Shown here: in pieces, positions 39,602-49,332 of the stretch
Position numbering within the stretch: the first letter of the stretch is position 1
How the letters are laid out: each line of letters begins with the position of its first letter
NCBI GenBank assembly: GCA_965218425.1
Contig: OZ244621.1
Span: forward strand, 3,808,001 to 3,872,000
Direction of reading: 5' to 3'
Length of the DNA stretch: 64,000 bases
Source: an uncultured Candidatus Binatia bacterium
Lineage (GTDB): Bacteria > Desulfobacterota > Binatia > UBA9968 > CAXXLF01
Made by a program: the position numbers and the translations under genes
The notes under the pieces: generated by a model
The model's input: only the letters and a program-made list of their open reading frames with translations
What the model was told of the DNA's origin: nothing
Database searches by the model: none

Positions 39602-40249
39602 TCACCCCCATAGTCTAACAATGTCATCCTTTCCATAGACATCCGGCCCCAGCAACTCCAGGGCGGCCTGATGCTGTTTGGGATCCGTGCCTGCAACACA
39701 CTCTTGAACCACCACCAGGTAGTAGTCCAGCGTAGTCGCCACACGTGCCGTGGTAAGAACCCCGGAGTGGCTGGCGACTCCCACCAGGACGATGGTCTTG
39801 ATCCCGCGCAACTTCAACATCTTTTCCAGCACCGTTCCTTGAAAGCAGCTAAAAGAAAATTTGTCAAAGACGAGCTCTCCCGCTTGTGGGGTGAGTTCAG
39901 CCACCACTTCATGACCCCACGTGCCATGAACCACGTTGGGCTCCCCTCCCCTCTGCCCTCGTCGGAGCAAGTGGTGCAAATGGACCGGCGACTCGTCTGT
40001 GCCGCCCGGGAAATGACTGGCGCGAGAGTATGCAATCATCATTCCGGCGCGACGCGCGGAATTCAATACCTCCGCCGTCTGGCCGACCGCTTCACGAACC
40101 GACGCCTTGGCGTCCCCAATTTTGTCAAATAGCTTTCCCGAGGGGGCACAGAAGTCGTTTTGCATGTCGTGGATCAGGAGGGCGGCGTGGCGGGGAAGCA
40201 CGAGTTCTCCCAAAGTCTCAAAAATTTCTTTTCCCCCTACATGCTTCAT
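39602..40249 (-). CDS. Isochorismatase-family hydrolase
   Basis: HDMQNDF, GTWG, DK..FS.F.GT, GVASHSGV. Confidence 0.85.
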   Translation of the reverse strand: MKHVGGKEIFETLGELVLPRHAALLIHDMQNDFCAPSGKLFDKIGDAKASVREAVGQTAEVLNSARRAGMMIAYSRASHFPGGTDESPVHLHHLLRRGQRGGEPNVVHGTWGHEVVAELTPQAGELVFDKFSFSCFQGTVLEKMLKLRGIKTIVLVGVASHSGVLTTARVATTLDYYLVVVQECVAGTDPKQHQAALELLGPDVYGKDDIVRLWG

Positions 40250-40270
40250 AATTCACCACTGATCTGCCAA

Positions 40271-41974
40271 CTATTTCTCCATGCCCACCATAAATCTCCG
40301 GGCAAATACCCGCGTGGCGATGGCAATGGCCACAAAGGCAAAGATCAACATGACTGCCAGGGCGGATACAAGCGGGAAACTCCCGTCCACCCATGATTTG
40401 AGCAAATAGATGGACAGGATCAACGAGTCCGGGGACCAGAGGACCGCCGCCTGGGAAGCGACTTTGGCGGAGAGCACAAAGACATACAAGCCACCCGCCA
40501 GCAGCGACGGGAGTATGAGGGGGATTACAATTCTTTTCATTACCGAAAGAAAACCAGAACCGCTCACCGTAGCAGCCTCTTCGAGTTCCTTGTGGAGCTG
40601 TCTTAACCCCGCATGGGAGAAGCGGGTGGCGATGGGTAAAAAGCTCACCAGGTAAATCAGCACCAGAATCCAGATGGTCCCATATATGGGATTGGGGAAA
40701 GCGAGAAAGACCACCAAAAAGCTCAGGCCCAATGCGATTCCTGGAATGGCATAGGGGATGAAGGAAACAGTGTCCAGAACCCTGCTCCCCCTGCTATTCC
40801 TACGGACGGTCAGCCATGAGATAACAGTGGCAAGCAGAACGCACCCTACACTAACAGTGATCCCCAAAACTAGAGTGTTTTTTATGGCAAGTAAGAATTC
40901 GGGGTCGGCCAGGACACTGCGATAGTTTTCAAATGTGACACTCGACAATGCCCTAAATGACGGCACCTGATAGTACGGCAACAGGGATACCCAAGAAAGC
41001 ATCAGCAAAGGTATCCCGATGGTTACAACAATATAAAAAACAATGAACCCGCCTGCCAAGGGCCGCCATTTTCCCAGGGGAATGACCCTCGGTCGAAAAC
41101 CCTTTCCTGTAATCGTAGCGAACTGTTCCGCGTCGGACATGAGCCTCTGGTAAATAACCAGACCAATGACCCCGATAACGATCAATACAACGCTCATGGC
41201 AAATGCATGCCCATAGGCAGGAGGTTGAACCTCGCGCGCGGCAATATAGATATTGGTGGCAAAGACCTGGACACCCGAGGACAATCCCATAATAAATGGA
41301 ACCTCGAAGGCCTCCATACCGCGGACAAATTGGAGCAACCCCACCCCAGCAAGGGCGGGCATCATCAATCTAAGCGTGATTCCCCTCACCGTCTGTAATC
41401 TGCCGGCTCCGCACACGGTGGATGCCTCTTCTAAAGAAGGATCCATGGAGCGAAGACTGGCCCCCAGCATCAAGAAGGTCAGCGGTGTCATGGAAAGCCC
41501 CTGGACCCAAAACATGGAGACGATTGTGTACGCATCAAACGGTTTTCCCAGTCCCATCCATTCGGTGATGTTATTGAGAATTCCGTTGTTCGGCTCCAAA
41601 ACGAAAACCCAACCGATGGCCTTCAACATACTCGGGAGGATTAAGGGAACGAACATCAGCCCATAAGTCTGATTGCGAAAGGGCGCATCGGTTCGTTCCA
41701 CCAGGAAGGCGATGATGCCGCCAAAAAAGAAGGCCACCATCATGGACCCGACGGCCAGAAACAGACTGTCAAAGAGCATGGTGAGTGAGCTTGGATCCGC
41801 CAACGACTCGCGGAAATTCTCAAGGGTGAGGTTGTCCAGCCGCCAGTCAGAGACCGTGGCCATATCCACGGGCTTGAAACTACTCCACAGCAAAAATGCA
41901 ATAGGGATAAGTGACAAGGAGGCAACCAAGACGACTATGGATCCAAGGAAAACACTATCCGTCTTGATCTTCAT
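40271..41974 (-). CDS. FbpB-like duplicated ABC transporter permease
   Basis: Many TM segments with two EAA loops (LEEASTVCGA, LEEAATVSGS). Confidence 0.9.
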   Translation of the reverse strand: MKIKTDSVFLGSIVVLVASLSLIPIAFLLWSSFKPVDMATVSDWRLDNLTLENFRESLADPSSLTMLFDSLFLAVGSMMVAFFFGGIIAFLVERTDAPFRNQTYGLMFVPLILPSMLKAIGWVFVLEPNNGILNNITEWMGLGKPFDAYTIVSMFWVQGLSMTPLTFLMLGASLRSMDPSLEEASTVCGAGRLQTVRGITLRLMMPALAGVGLLQFVRGMEAFEVPFIMGLSSGVQVFATNIYIAAREVQPPAYGHAFAMSVVLIVIGVIGLVIYQRLMSDAEQFATITGKGFRPRVIPLGKWRPLAGGFIVFYIVVTIGIPLLMLSWVSLLPYYQVPSFRALSSVTFENYRSVLADPEFLLAIKNTLVLGITVSVGCVLLATVISWLTVRRNSRGSRVLDTVSFIPYAIPGIALGLSFLVVFLAFPNPIYGTIWILVLIYLVSFLPIATRFSHAGLRQLHKELEEAATVSGSGFLSVMKRIVIPLILPSLLAGGLYVFVLSAKVASQAAVLWSPDSLILSIYLLKSWVDGSFPLVSALAVMLIFAFVAIAIATRVFARRFMVGMEK

Positions 41975-42133
41975 TGTTATAGAACCATTGAAAGCACTGG
42001 GAATGGTTACGGATGATACAGGTTGGAGAAACTAAAGGGGATCACCCAGGATCTCATAATACCACCAACAACCATGGGCAACCCCCCTTAGCCGGTCAGT
42101 TCGGCCACCGGTCAGGTAAAGACAGCGACTCGT

Positions 42134-43228
42134 TTATTTTTCTTTCTTCTTGCCCCTTCGAACCCCAAGGGTGGTGGACCACCAGTTTGTGGCCTTCTTT
42201 TGATTCGCCCGGGTCTGGTACGCAATGGGAAGGACCTCAACCTCGACTCCGAGCTCAGATAGTTTCTTACCCGCAATGGACTTCGCCCGGGCCTCTAGAT
42301 CTATGGGTGGGACGGCATGCGCATCGCTGTAATTGAGCAGACCCTCTTCCGACAGAAGATATTCAATCAGCAGCTTCGATGCATTCGGATGGGCCACCAA
42401 TCTAGGTTGCGCAATGCATCGTGTGGACCCGACGATTTTATCCACCTTAACAAATTTCAATGGAGCCCCCTTTGCCTGAAACTGCAATCCCTCATTAAGT
42501 GGGTTCAAGAGCAGGACGGCGTAGGACCCGCCCACCAGCAGCTCGTTTGGCCCTTTGAAGCCGCGGCCCACTCTGGGCTTACTCTTGCTGATCACTTCGC
42601 CCCAGTAGTCAAAAGCCTTCTCCCAATTCAAGCTCCCATCCTTATCTCTCCATTGGTAAGCAAACATGAGTGGAGCATTGGCTCCAGAAGAGGAGATCAA
42701 GGTCTTTCCCTTGCCCCAAGTTGGGTTTTTTAAATCCTCCCAAGATTTTGGTGCCTTGTCCGGCGGTAACAGGTCGGGGTTATAGGTGGGCAGAAATAGC
42801 TGCACCGTGATGTTTCTCCAATAACTATGGTTGGGCTGATAAGGCCAATTGTTCGCCTTTTCCGGCCAATCGTAAGCGGCTAAGGCATTGGCGGCCTTCA
42901 AGCGAGGTAGTTGTCTGAGGCTGGTGATGACAACGTCCGCTGACCGCTTGTCCACCTTGGATTCTTCAATCAGCTTGTTGGCTAAGGGAGTACTGAAGGA
43001 GCTCCAAACCTTAACCTTTATCGAAGGGTATCGTTTTTTGAACCCGGCAAGGACTTTGTCCTTGTTACGCATAGCAGTGACCCAAAATACCACTTCGCCC
43101 TCTTTTTTCGCAGCCTCAATGGTTTCCTGATCGGCCCCCTTTACAATAGCCGGCGCCAAAAATAGCGTCAGTGCCGTAACAACAGAAACGGTTCGGATCA
43201 ACACTTTCATCAGATTCCTCCTATTCAT
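42134..43228 (-). CDS. Periplasmic solute-binding protein (FbpA/AfuA-like)
   Basis: Signal peptide, AAKKEGEV, YNPDL, PKSWEDL, HPNASKL. Confidence 0.85.
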   Translation of the reverse strand: MNRRNLMKVLIRTVSVVTALTLFLAPAIVKGADQETIEAAKKEGEVVFWVTAMRNKDKVLAGFKKRYPSIKVKVWSSFSTPLANKLIEESKVDKRSADVVITSLRQLPRLKAANALAAYDWPEKANNWPYQPNHSYWRNITVQLFLPTYNPDLLPPDKAPKSWEDLKNPTWGKGKTLISSSGANAPLMFAYQWRDKDGSLNWEKAFDYWGEVISKSKPRVGRGFKGPNELLVGGSYAVLLLNPLNEGLQFQAKGAPLKFVKVDKIVGSTRCIAQPRLVAHPNASKLLIEYLLSEEGLLNYSDAHAVPPIDLEARAKSIAGKKLSELGVEVEVLPIAYQTRANQKKATNWWSTTLGVRRGKKKEK

Positions 43229-43400
43229 TAATGTTAGATACTGATCAATCCGGCAACTCCCCCCCCCCCACCTCACGTACACATGCCCCAGTCAATTAGT
43301 ACAAGTTCCAACAAGTGTCAAGCGGCGTACGGATTCTCACCTGACGCCTTCTGACCGCGTAACCAAATTCCGGATGACAACCGGGGCCGAGGCGGGAGAA

Positions 43401-44660
43401 CTAAGCCCTTCCTTCGGCTATGAGCTGTTCGCAGTAATCCTTCCAAGTTGTGGATGTGGGTACCACTGCGGAGTACACCACCATATGCGGGAAGCGGTTC
43501 AACTCGGGGTCTCTGATCACATGGGCCGGATCGCGGCCCTCCTGCACATCCTGAATGGCCTTTAACAGCACCTTCCTCTGTGCCACGATGCCCCGATCCG
43601 AGGACACAAGGTGTTCCAGGGTCCTGTCCTGTATGGCCCCCATCCCCTCAGTCACGCAGAGATCATGGATTTGAAAGTTGTAGCCGATGCCGCTGTAGCA
43701 TTCGGATTTCATGGTCTCCCGGTCCTGCTGGTAGCGATTCTCCCGATTACGAATAGGCTTAAAATCAGCCGTCATGTCCGCCCGCCCCCTGCGCATCAGC
43801 TCCTTATCCAGCGGTTTCTCCCGATTAAAGGTAAACGTATACTTCCAATGGTGGGTATCGTCGATGGGAACATGCCAGTTGCACGAGTATCCACCCCATC
43901 CCTGTTGGCCTCCAGGAAAGGTGGCGAGGCTGGGCAGGACAAAGTTCTGGTACCGTAGATCATGCTTGTCGGGTCCGACTTTTTTCACTTTACAGGTACG
44001 GACCCCGAAATCCACCAGCTCCAACTCCACCGTTTCCAAGGTGGGAGACAACCCTCTGGAGCAAAGTTCTGTGAACTGATCCGCGCTGCTTCGGGACCCC
44101 CGGTCGGTGTAGTGCAGGAAGGAGACGTGAATCGGATCGAAGTTTCCCTCGTTCCCTTGAAGGTAATTGCAGCTATGGTAGAGCTTGATGGCAAAGACTT
44201 GTTGTTCAGGCACCGTAAGAAACTCATAATTGGGGAGCAGCGGAGGCTCCCCCGGTCCAAGGTAAGCAAAGATGACTCCGGACCGTTCAGTACATGGGTA
44301 AGCTCGTTGACGGATCTCCTCCCGATGCTTCCCCCCCTCCGGCTCCCCGGGTTGGTCGAGACAACGGCCTTTGATATCGTAAAGCCAACCATGGTAGATG
44401 CACCGTAGTCCCCCGTCCTCTACGCGGCCATAACTTAAATCCGCCCCCCGGTGTGAACAATGAACATCCAACAGGCCAGGTCGTCCTTGTTGGTCCCGGA
44501 ACATGACCAGGTCCTCGCCCAGCAATCTGACCGGCAACGGAGCCCCACCGGCCGGCAAATCCTCCGACAGCGCCGCCGGCTGCCAATAGCGCCTCATCAT
44601 GTCCCCACAGGGGGTCCCAGGACCAGTTTTTACCAGAAGGTCATTTTCTTCCTTTGTCAT
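43401..44660 (-). CDS. Rieske non-heme iron oxygenase alpha subunit (phthalate 4,5-dioxygenase-like)
   Basis: GPGTPCG.MRRYW, CSH...CIYHGW, D..H....H, DLCV. Confidence 0.92.
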   Translation of the reverse strand: MTKEENDLLVKTGPGTPCGDMMRRYWQPAALSEDLPAGGAPLPVRLLGEDLVMFRDQQGRPGLLDVHCSHRGADLSYGRVEDGGLRCIYHGWLYDIKGRCLDQPGEPEGGKHREEIRQRAYPCTERSGVIFAYLGPGEPPLLPNYEFLTVPEQQVFAIKLYHSCNYLQGNEGNFDPIHVSFLHYTDRGSRSSADQFTELCSRGLSPTLETVELELVDFGVRTCKVKKVGPDKHDLRYQNFVLPSLATFPGGQQGWGGYSCNWHVPIDDTHHWKYTFTFNREKPLDKELMRRGRADMTADFKPIRNRENRYQQDRETMKSECYSGIGYNFQIHDLCVTEGMGAIQDRTLEHLVSSDRGIVAQRKVLLKAIQDVQEGRDPAHVIRDPELNRFPHMVVYSAVVPTSTTWKDYCEQLIAEGRA

Positions 44661-44724
44661 TTACGGTGCCTCCTCGAATGGGTTGCTATTGAGTCGACTG
44701 CGATTCCAAGGGCCCTGGTCACAA

Positions 44725-45850
44725 TTACGACTTCCCCGCTTCCTTCAATAGCTTCTTGACGAAATTCGTGACGTCGGCTTTCCTCCTCAACCACTCATGC
44801 TGCTCCATATTGATGTACTTGACACCTTTTTCCCGTCGACTCGTAACTGGCAGATAGTCTTTGGAAATATCCACTCGACGGGAATTGGGCGCGTCGGCCG
44901 GATGAAAGGACCTCTGGAGGGCAAGCTGACCCTTTGGGGACAAGAACCAATTAATAAATACCTTTGCCGCATTGGGATGGGGATGTCCGTTGATGAGCGA
45001 CAAGGCCCCGTATCCTTTGGCGCTCATATCGATCCCCTCCTTCCAACGGACTATCATCTGATCCACGGGCAATCTCTGCGCCTTGGCGGCGGTGATGCGT
45101 TGACAAAACAAGCAGATGGAGTATTTACCCACGCTCAACCAATCCACCGGTTGGTGCCGATTTCTCGAAACCGTGATGTCCATCCCGCCGAAGAGCCGTC
45201 GCAAATATGTCGGACCCAGTTGCGGATTGAAGTAAAGAAACCGGATCTGGGACCTCCCGGCCTGGGGATCAAAAGCCACCATCTTGCCTTTCCATTTCGG
45301 ATCGAGAAAATCCCGGTAGGATTTGAAACCGGCGGGGTCAACCAGTTTCGTATTGTAACTGGCGGACCCGCCGCGCGGGTTGGAGGTATGCAAGAAAACG
45401 TACTGGCCGTCATGGTCCACATACTCGTGCTTACCTTCAAACCATTTCGAGGTATCCCTTACCGCCGGTAGGATTAGTGCGGGGGGAATTGGATCCAAGA
45501 TCTTTGCCGCATGCATCTCCGGATAGGGAGGGAAGGCTCCGCTGATCATCACGTCGGCCAAATATTTGCCGGCCCGTCGCTCTGCCATGATCCGGGGGAA
45601 CAAAACACTTCCTTTTCCCGTTACGCTGACAACTTTGATTTCAGGGTACTCTCTTGTGAACTCCTTTAGGAAAGCGTCGTAGGAAATAAAGACGGTGACT
45701 TGGCCTTCCTTTTTAGCCGCCTCGACTGTTTTCTCCCATATGGACTGCCATTTCTGCTGTGCGCTAGCGGTTCGAACCCATCCTGAAATAAATGGCTCCC
45801 ATGAAAAACAGTGCCCCCACAAAAAAAATACGCAAAACAATTTCTCTCAT
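44725..45850 (-). CDS. Periplasmic solute-binding protein; apparent 1-nt frameshift in the signal peptide
   Basis: AAKKEGQV, ERRAGKY.AD, LDPKWKGK, PHPNAAKVFINW; ATG 45850 with RBS is out of frame with the body. Confidence 0.75.
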
Positions 45851-45866
45851 ATCGGCTCTCCTTCCG

Positions 45867-47330
45867 TTAACTTGGGAAAATCAGCGACTTGATGACCACC
45901 GGCACCGCGCCGGAGGAGGGAATAAAGCTGCCGATATCCACGAAGTCGAATTCGCTGAGTTGAATGCCGTCGATGGAGATAACGGGATTGGCCACCCCCA
46001 CCTCCTCCTTCATATGGATTCCCAGTAGTCCCCCGATGTCGCCGTCTGATACCAATACGATGGGGTTCCCTCCTGCCAGTATTTGTTTCAAACCATCGAC
46101 GATCCCCCGGCACAGGGCATTGAGACGATGGTAGGTGGCGGACCCGCTCCATTGCACCATGATGGCAACGGGTTTTTCCGTTTGATTCAAGTCAAAGCGG
46201 CGCAGGGCGTCATCTATGGCTGACCCAACTGACTTGGAATCAATGTCCTCTATTAAGGGCAACTCGGGTCGAATCACAGGCATGTTACGAACGGGCAACG
46301 CTTCAAGGGTAGAGATGTAAATCGTGCTGCCGCTCACCTGGACCGTGTACTGGGAAGCGCCGATGACGGTGGCACGGATTCCGGCCACCGGTTCCAGCAC
46401 CTCCGCACCCCCATTTGGCAAACGCGCGCGTATTTCCGTGGCAAGGAGCTGTCCCAGGTCGCCAAAGGTCTGGCTCTGACGGTCGTATATGAATTCAGAG
46501 ACGCCGCCGGAAAACACGATTCCATGGACCTCTCCGTCGTAAACCAAGGGTGGTGTGCGAAGGAGCTCCTGTGTGGAGAGCGGCAATGGCTTTAGCCGAA
46601 TCACAGGCAGAAGTTGCTCCGCCATATGGCCCGCCAAAGCCTTCATCTGTTCCGTCGCAAGGCGCTCGCCCATGGCTAGCTTCAAGCCAAGCCGCTCAGC
46701 CATGCGGTGACCGGCCTCCTCAAGTCCGATGAGGCACTGATCCTCGTCCACTACCACTAGGCGGGCGCCGACGTTTAGGGCAGCCGTTTCCAAGACCTTG
46801 CCACCCTGACAAACGGCAAATTTAACCGTGCCGCCACCCATGTCCACGTTCAATATCGTTCGTTGCCCCTGTGCGGAGAGAGCCACGGCTCCTGAACCAT
46901 GAGCCGCCATGATGGCTTCCAGGCTATCTCCAGCACTCACGGCGACGAAACGGCCCGTTTCCTTCGCAAAGAGTTCTGCAATGGCACGCGAGTTTTCACG
47001 CTCCAGCGCGACACCCGTCAGGATCAGCGCCCCCGTGTCGATGTCCTCACGGCTGAGGCCGGCCAAATCATATTGAAATGAAATGAATTCTCCCAGGGCC
47101 TCCCCATCAATGGTAGTACCGGTGCGGTAAGGGGTGAGAAGGATGTTGGACTCGTAGTGAAGGCGTCGTCCCACCGTCACGTAACGGCTCTCCACCCGCT
47201 CTAGTTCGAGACGGGAAAAGATCAGATGACTGGTGGAGGAGCCAATATCCACGCCGACGCTGGTGAGCTCGATGTGATCCTCTTCCGCTAACTGACGGCC
47301 GGGTGCGGTGAATCGAAGGGCTTCAGCCAT
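45867..47330 (-). CDS. eutA: EutA-like reactivating-factor ATPase (ASKHA fold)
   Basis: SVGVDIGSSTSHLIFS, GALILTG, FVAVSAG..LE..MAAHGSGA, DMGGGT, FSGGVSE, IRATVIGA, DFVDIG, VPVVIKSLIF. Confidence 0.85.
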   Translation of the reverse strand: MAEALRFTAPGRQLAEEDHIELTSVGVDIGSSTSHLIFSRLELERVESRYVTVGRRLHYESNILLTPYRTGTTIDGEALGEFISFQYDLAGLSREDIDTGALILTGVALERENSRAIAELFAKETGRFVAVSAGDSLEAIMAAHGSGAVALSAQGQRTILNVDMGGGTVKFAVCQGGKVLETAALNVGARLVVVDEDQCLIGLEEAGHRMAERLGLKLAMGERLATEQMKALAGHMAEQLLPVIRLKPLPLSTQELLRTPPLVYDGEVHGIVFSGGVSEFIYDRQSQTFGDLGQLLATEIRARLPNGGAEVLEPVAGIRATVIGASQYTVQVSGSTIYISTLEALPVRNMPVIRPELPLIEDIDSKSVGSAIDDALRRFDLNQTEKPVAIMVQWSGSATYHRLNALCRGIVDGLKQILAGGNPIVLVSDGDIGGLLGIHMKEEVGVANPVISIDGIQLSEFDFVDIGSFIPSSGAVPVVIKSLIFPS

Positions 47331-47344
47331 AGCGTGAAATACAG

Positions 47345-48559
47345 CTACGAGCCGCGCGGCGCGTAGAGGGACTCCGACATACGAAATTCAACGCCTACCT
47401 TTGCCAGCTCCCGTTGAAAGGTCTTGCGCACGTGGGGGTCTTCGATATCGTAGCCAATGGTGAGCCCGCCGTCCCGAATGTCGGCGTTGGGACTGATGGT
47501 AACTTTTGGGTCTTTTTCTTTTCCACCACGGCGGCCACGCTGTTCCCCGAAGATATTGGGACCCAACAGGGCCAGGAAGCGAAGCGGCTCCGTCCCCACC
47601 CCGTAATGGGCGTGAAAGAACCCCGCACCCAGAGGCGACGAACACACCATCCCGCCGGGAACATAGTCCTGGCGCAAGACTTGATCGCCCTTATTATCCT
47701 TCCAGGGATTGATTCCCAGTTCGTTGGGCCAGGTAAAGGTATATCCTTTGCCCCCTAGGCAGAGCAGGACTGCCGCGGTGGCTCCCGAACCTTCGCCTCG
47801 GTGGGCCATGGCGTAACGCCCCTGGGCATGCTCCCCCACAAAGACATGCAAAGCCTGATTTCCGGCCATGTGCGGCTCGATGCGGCGATAGCCGGGGCTG
47901 CGCTGGTTGTCCAGTGGGAGCTCGCACAGGGCGATATCCGGTATAATGTTGCTCTGCACCACCGCCCGACCCGTGATGGGGTGAGGCACCACTTCGAGAT
48001 TGGGCTTGAAGAAAGCTTCGGCTTCATCATAGCGATCGGTGAAATTGAAGTCGCTCTCAAAGACGAACCGCAGGTTATTGAACTGGTTGATGAGTGTGGG
48101 GGCACTGGTAACTGCGATCAGCAATGCGGGGCTTGAGGTAGCGTTCACCAAACGGTGAGAGGTATTCACCGGGATGGAAAATAGGCTGCCCGGCTGCCAC
48201 TCAAAGGCTTGCCTCTTGGCAGCTCCCTCACGCCAAACCTCTGTACTGCCCCTGCCCTCCACCACATAAAACAGCTCCTCATAGATGTGGTGTTCGGGAT
48301 TTAAGGCTCCTGCCGGAGGTACCTCCACCACATACATGCCCCGGCCGGTGGTGCCGAGGAGATAGATGTAGGAGCCCCGACCACCCATGCGTTTCCAGGG
48401 TCCTAGGGTCAGATCCCTGACATCGCGGATTCCAATGGAATTCCGGTAAACCGGAATCCCCTCTTCCTCCATAAAACGCTCATAGGGAGAAGACACCCGC
48501 TCATAGCGCAGACTACCAGCTACTTCCTGCTCGCCTTGTGGTTCATGGAATCCAGCCAT
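47345..48559 (-). CDS. Double-cupin protein, paralogue of 23271
   Basis: PYERFMEEEG, HHIYEELFYVVEGRGST, FEWQPGSLFSIP, FHAHY, IGYDIEDP. Confidence 0.8.
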   Translation of the reverse strand: MAGFHEPQGEQEVAGSLRYERVSSPYERFMEEEGIPVYRNSIGIRDVRDLTLGPWKRMGGRGSYIYLLGTTGRGMYVVEVPPAGALNPEHHIYEELFYVVEGRGSTEVWREGAAKRQAFEWQPGSLFSIPVNTSHRLVNATSSPALLIAVTSAPTLINQFNNLRFVFESDFNFTDRYDEAEAFFKPNLEVVPHPITGRAVVQSNIIPDIALCELPLDNQRSPGYRRIEPHMAGNQALHVFVGEHAQGRYAMAHRGEGSGATAAVLLCLGGKGYTFTWPNELGINPWKDNKGDQVLRQDYVPGGMVCSSPLGAGFFHAHYGVGTEPLRFLALLGPNIFGEQRGRRGGKEKDPKVTISPNADIRDGGLTIGYDIEDPHVRKTFQRELAKVGVEFRMSESLYAPRGS

Positions 48560-48825
48560 TTTTCTCTCCTCTCAGATGTTTCGGGCCTCTGTTGGCCGTT
48601 GGGACTTCCCAATATTCACGGATTCGAGACGTTTTCTCACTTAGCCGACCCCTATCACCGTGAAAAAAAGGTGTCAACTCGGAAGCTTGTGTTGAATGCC
48701 TAGGGAGACATTCTGACCTGAATTAAACTTATCTTCGCCTGAACTGTTGAGATTAACCTTAGCCCTATGTCATAAAGTGTGGCTGGAGTTCAAGTCAATG
48801 AACTACTTTCGGAGGAACACTCGAC

Positions 48826-49332
48826 ATGGCATCTGAGCCACAGGACGCAGCCATATCCATAACGGTCAACGTCAACGGCACACGCCATCAATCCGACGTG
48901 GAGCCGAGGCTGCTGCTTGTTCACTATCTTCGGGATGGGCTGGGGCTAACAGGAACCCACGTGGGGTGCGATACGAGCCAGTGCGGTGCCTGTACGGTCC
49001 ACTTGAACGGGCGTGCAGTGAAGTCCTGTACCCTTCTCGCCGTTCAGGCCAACGGGGCGGAGGTGGCCACCATTGAAGGTCTTGGAGGCGAAGGGACACT
49101 GCATCCGGTGCAGGAAGGATTTCACGAAAAACACGGGTTGCAGTGCGGTTATTGCACACCGGGCATCATCATGACCGCAGTGGACTTGCTAAAAAGCAAT
49201 TCGAACCCAACGGAAGACGAGATTAAACACGCCCTTGAAGGTAACCTCTGTCGCTGCACAGGTTACGTCAACATTATTGAGGCAATTAAATGGGCGGCGG
49301 CACGGATGAGAGGCGATCATGTTTCCAGCTAG
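48826..49332 (+). CDS. CoxS/CutS-like [2Fe-2S] subunit
   Basis: GCDTSQCGACT, QCGYCTPG, GNLCRCTGY. Confidence 0.93.
   Translation: MASEPQDAAISITVNVNGTRHQSDVEPRLLLVHYLRDGLGLTGTHVGCDTSQCGACTVHLNGRAVKSCTLLAVQANGAEVATIEGLGGEGTLHPVQEGFHEKHGLQCGYCTPGIIMTAVDLLKSNSNPTEDEIKHALEGNLCRCTGYVNIIEAIKWAAARMRGDHVSS

Noticed and set aside
45867..47330. Ethanolamine utilisation locus
   Set aside because: No eutB, eutC or shell genes in the window.
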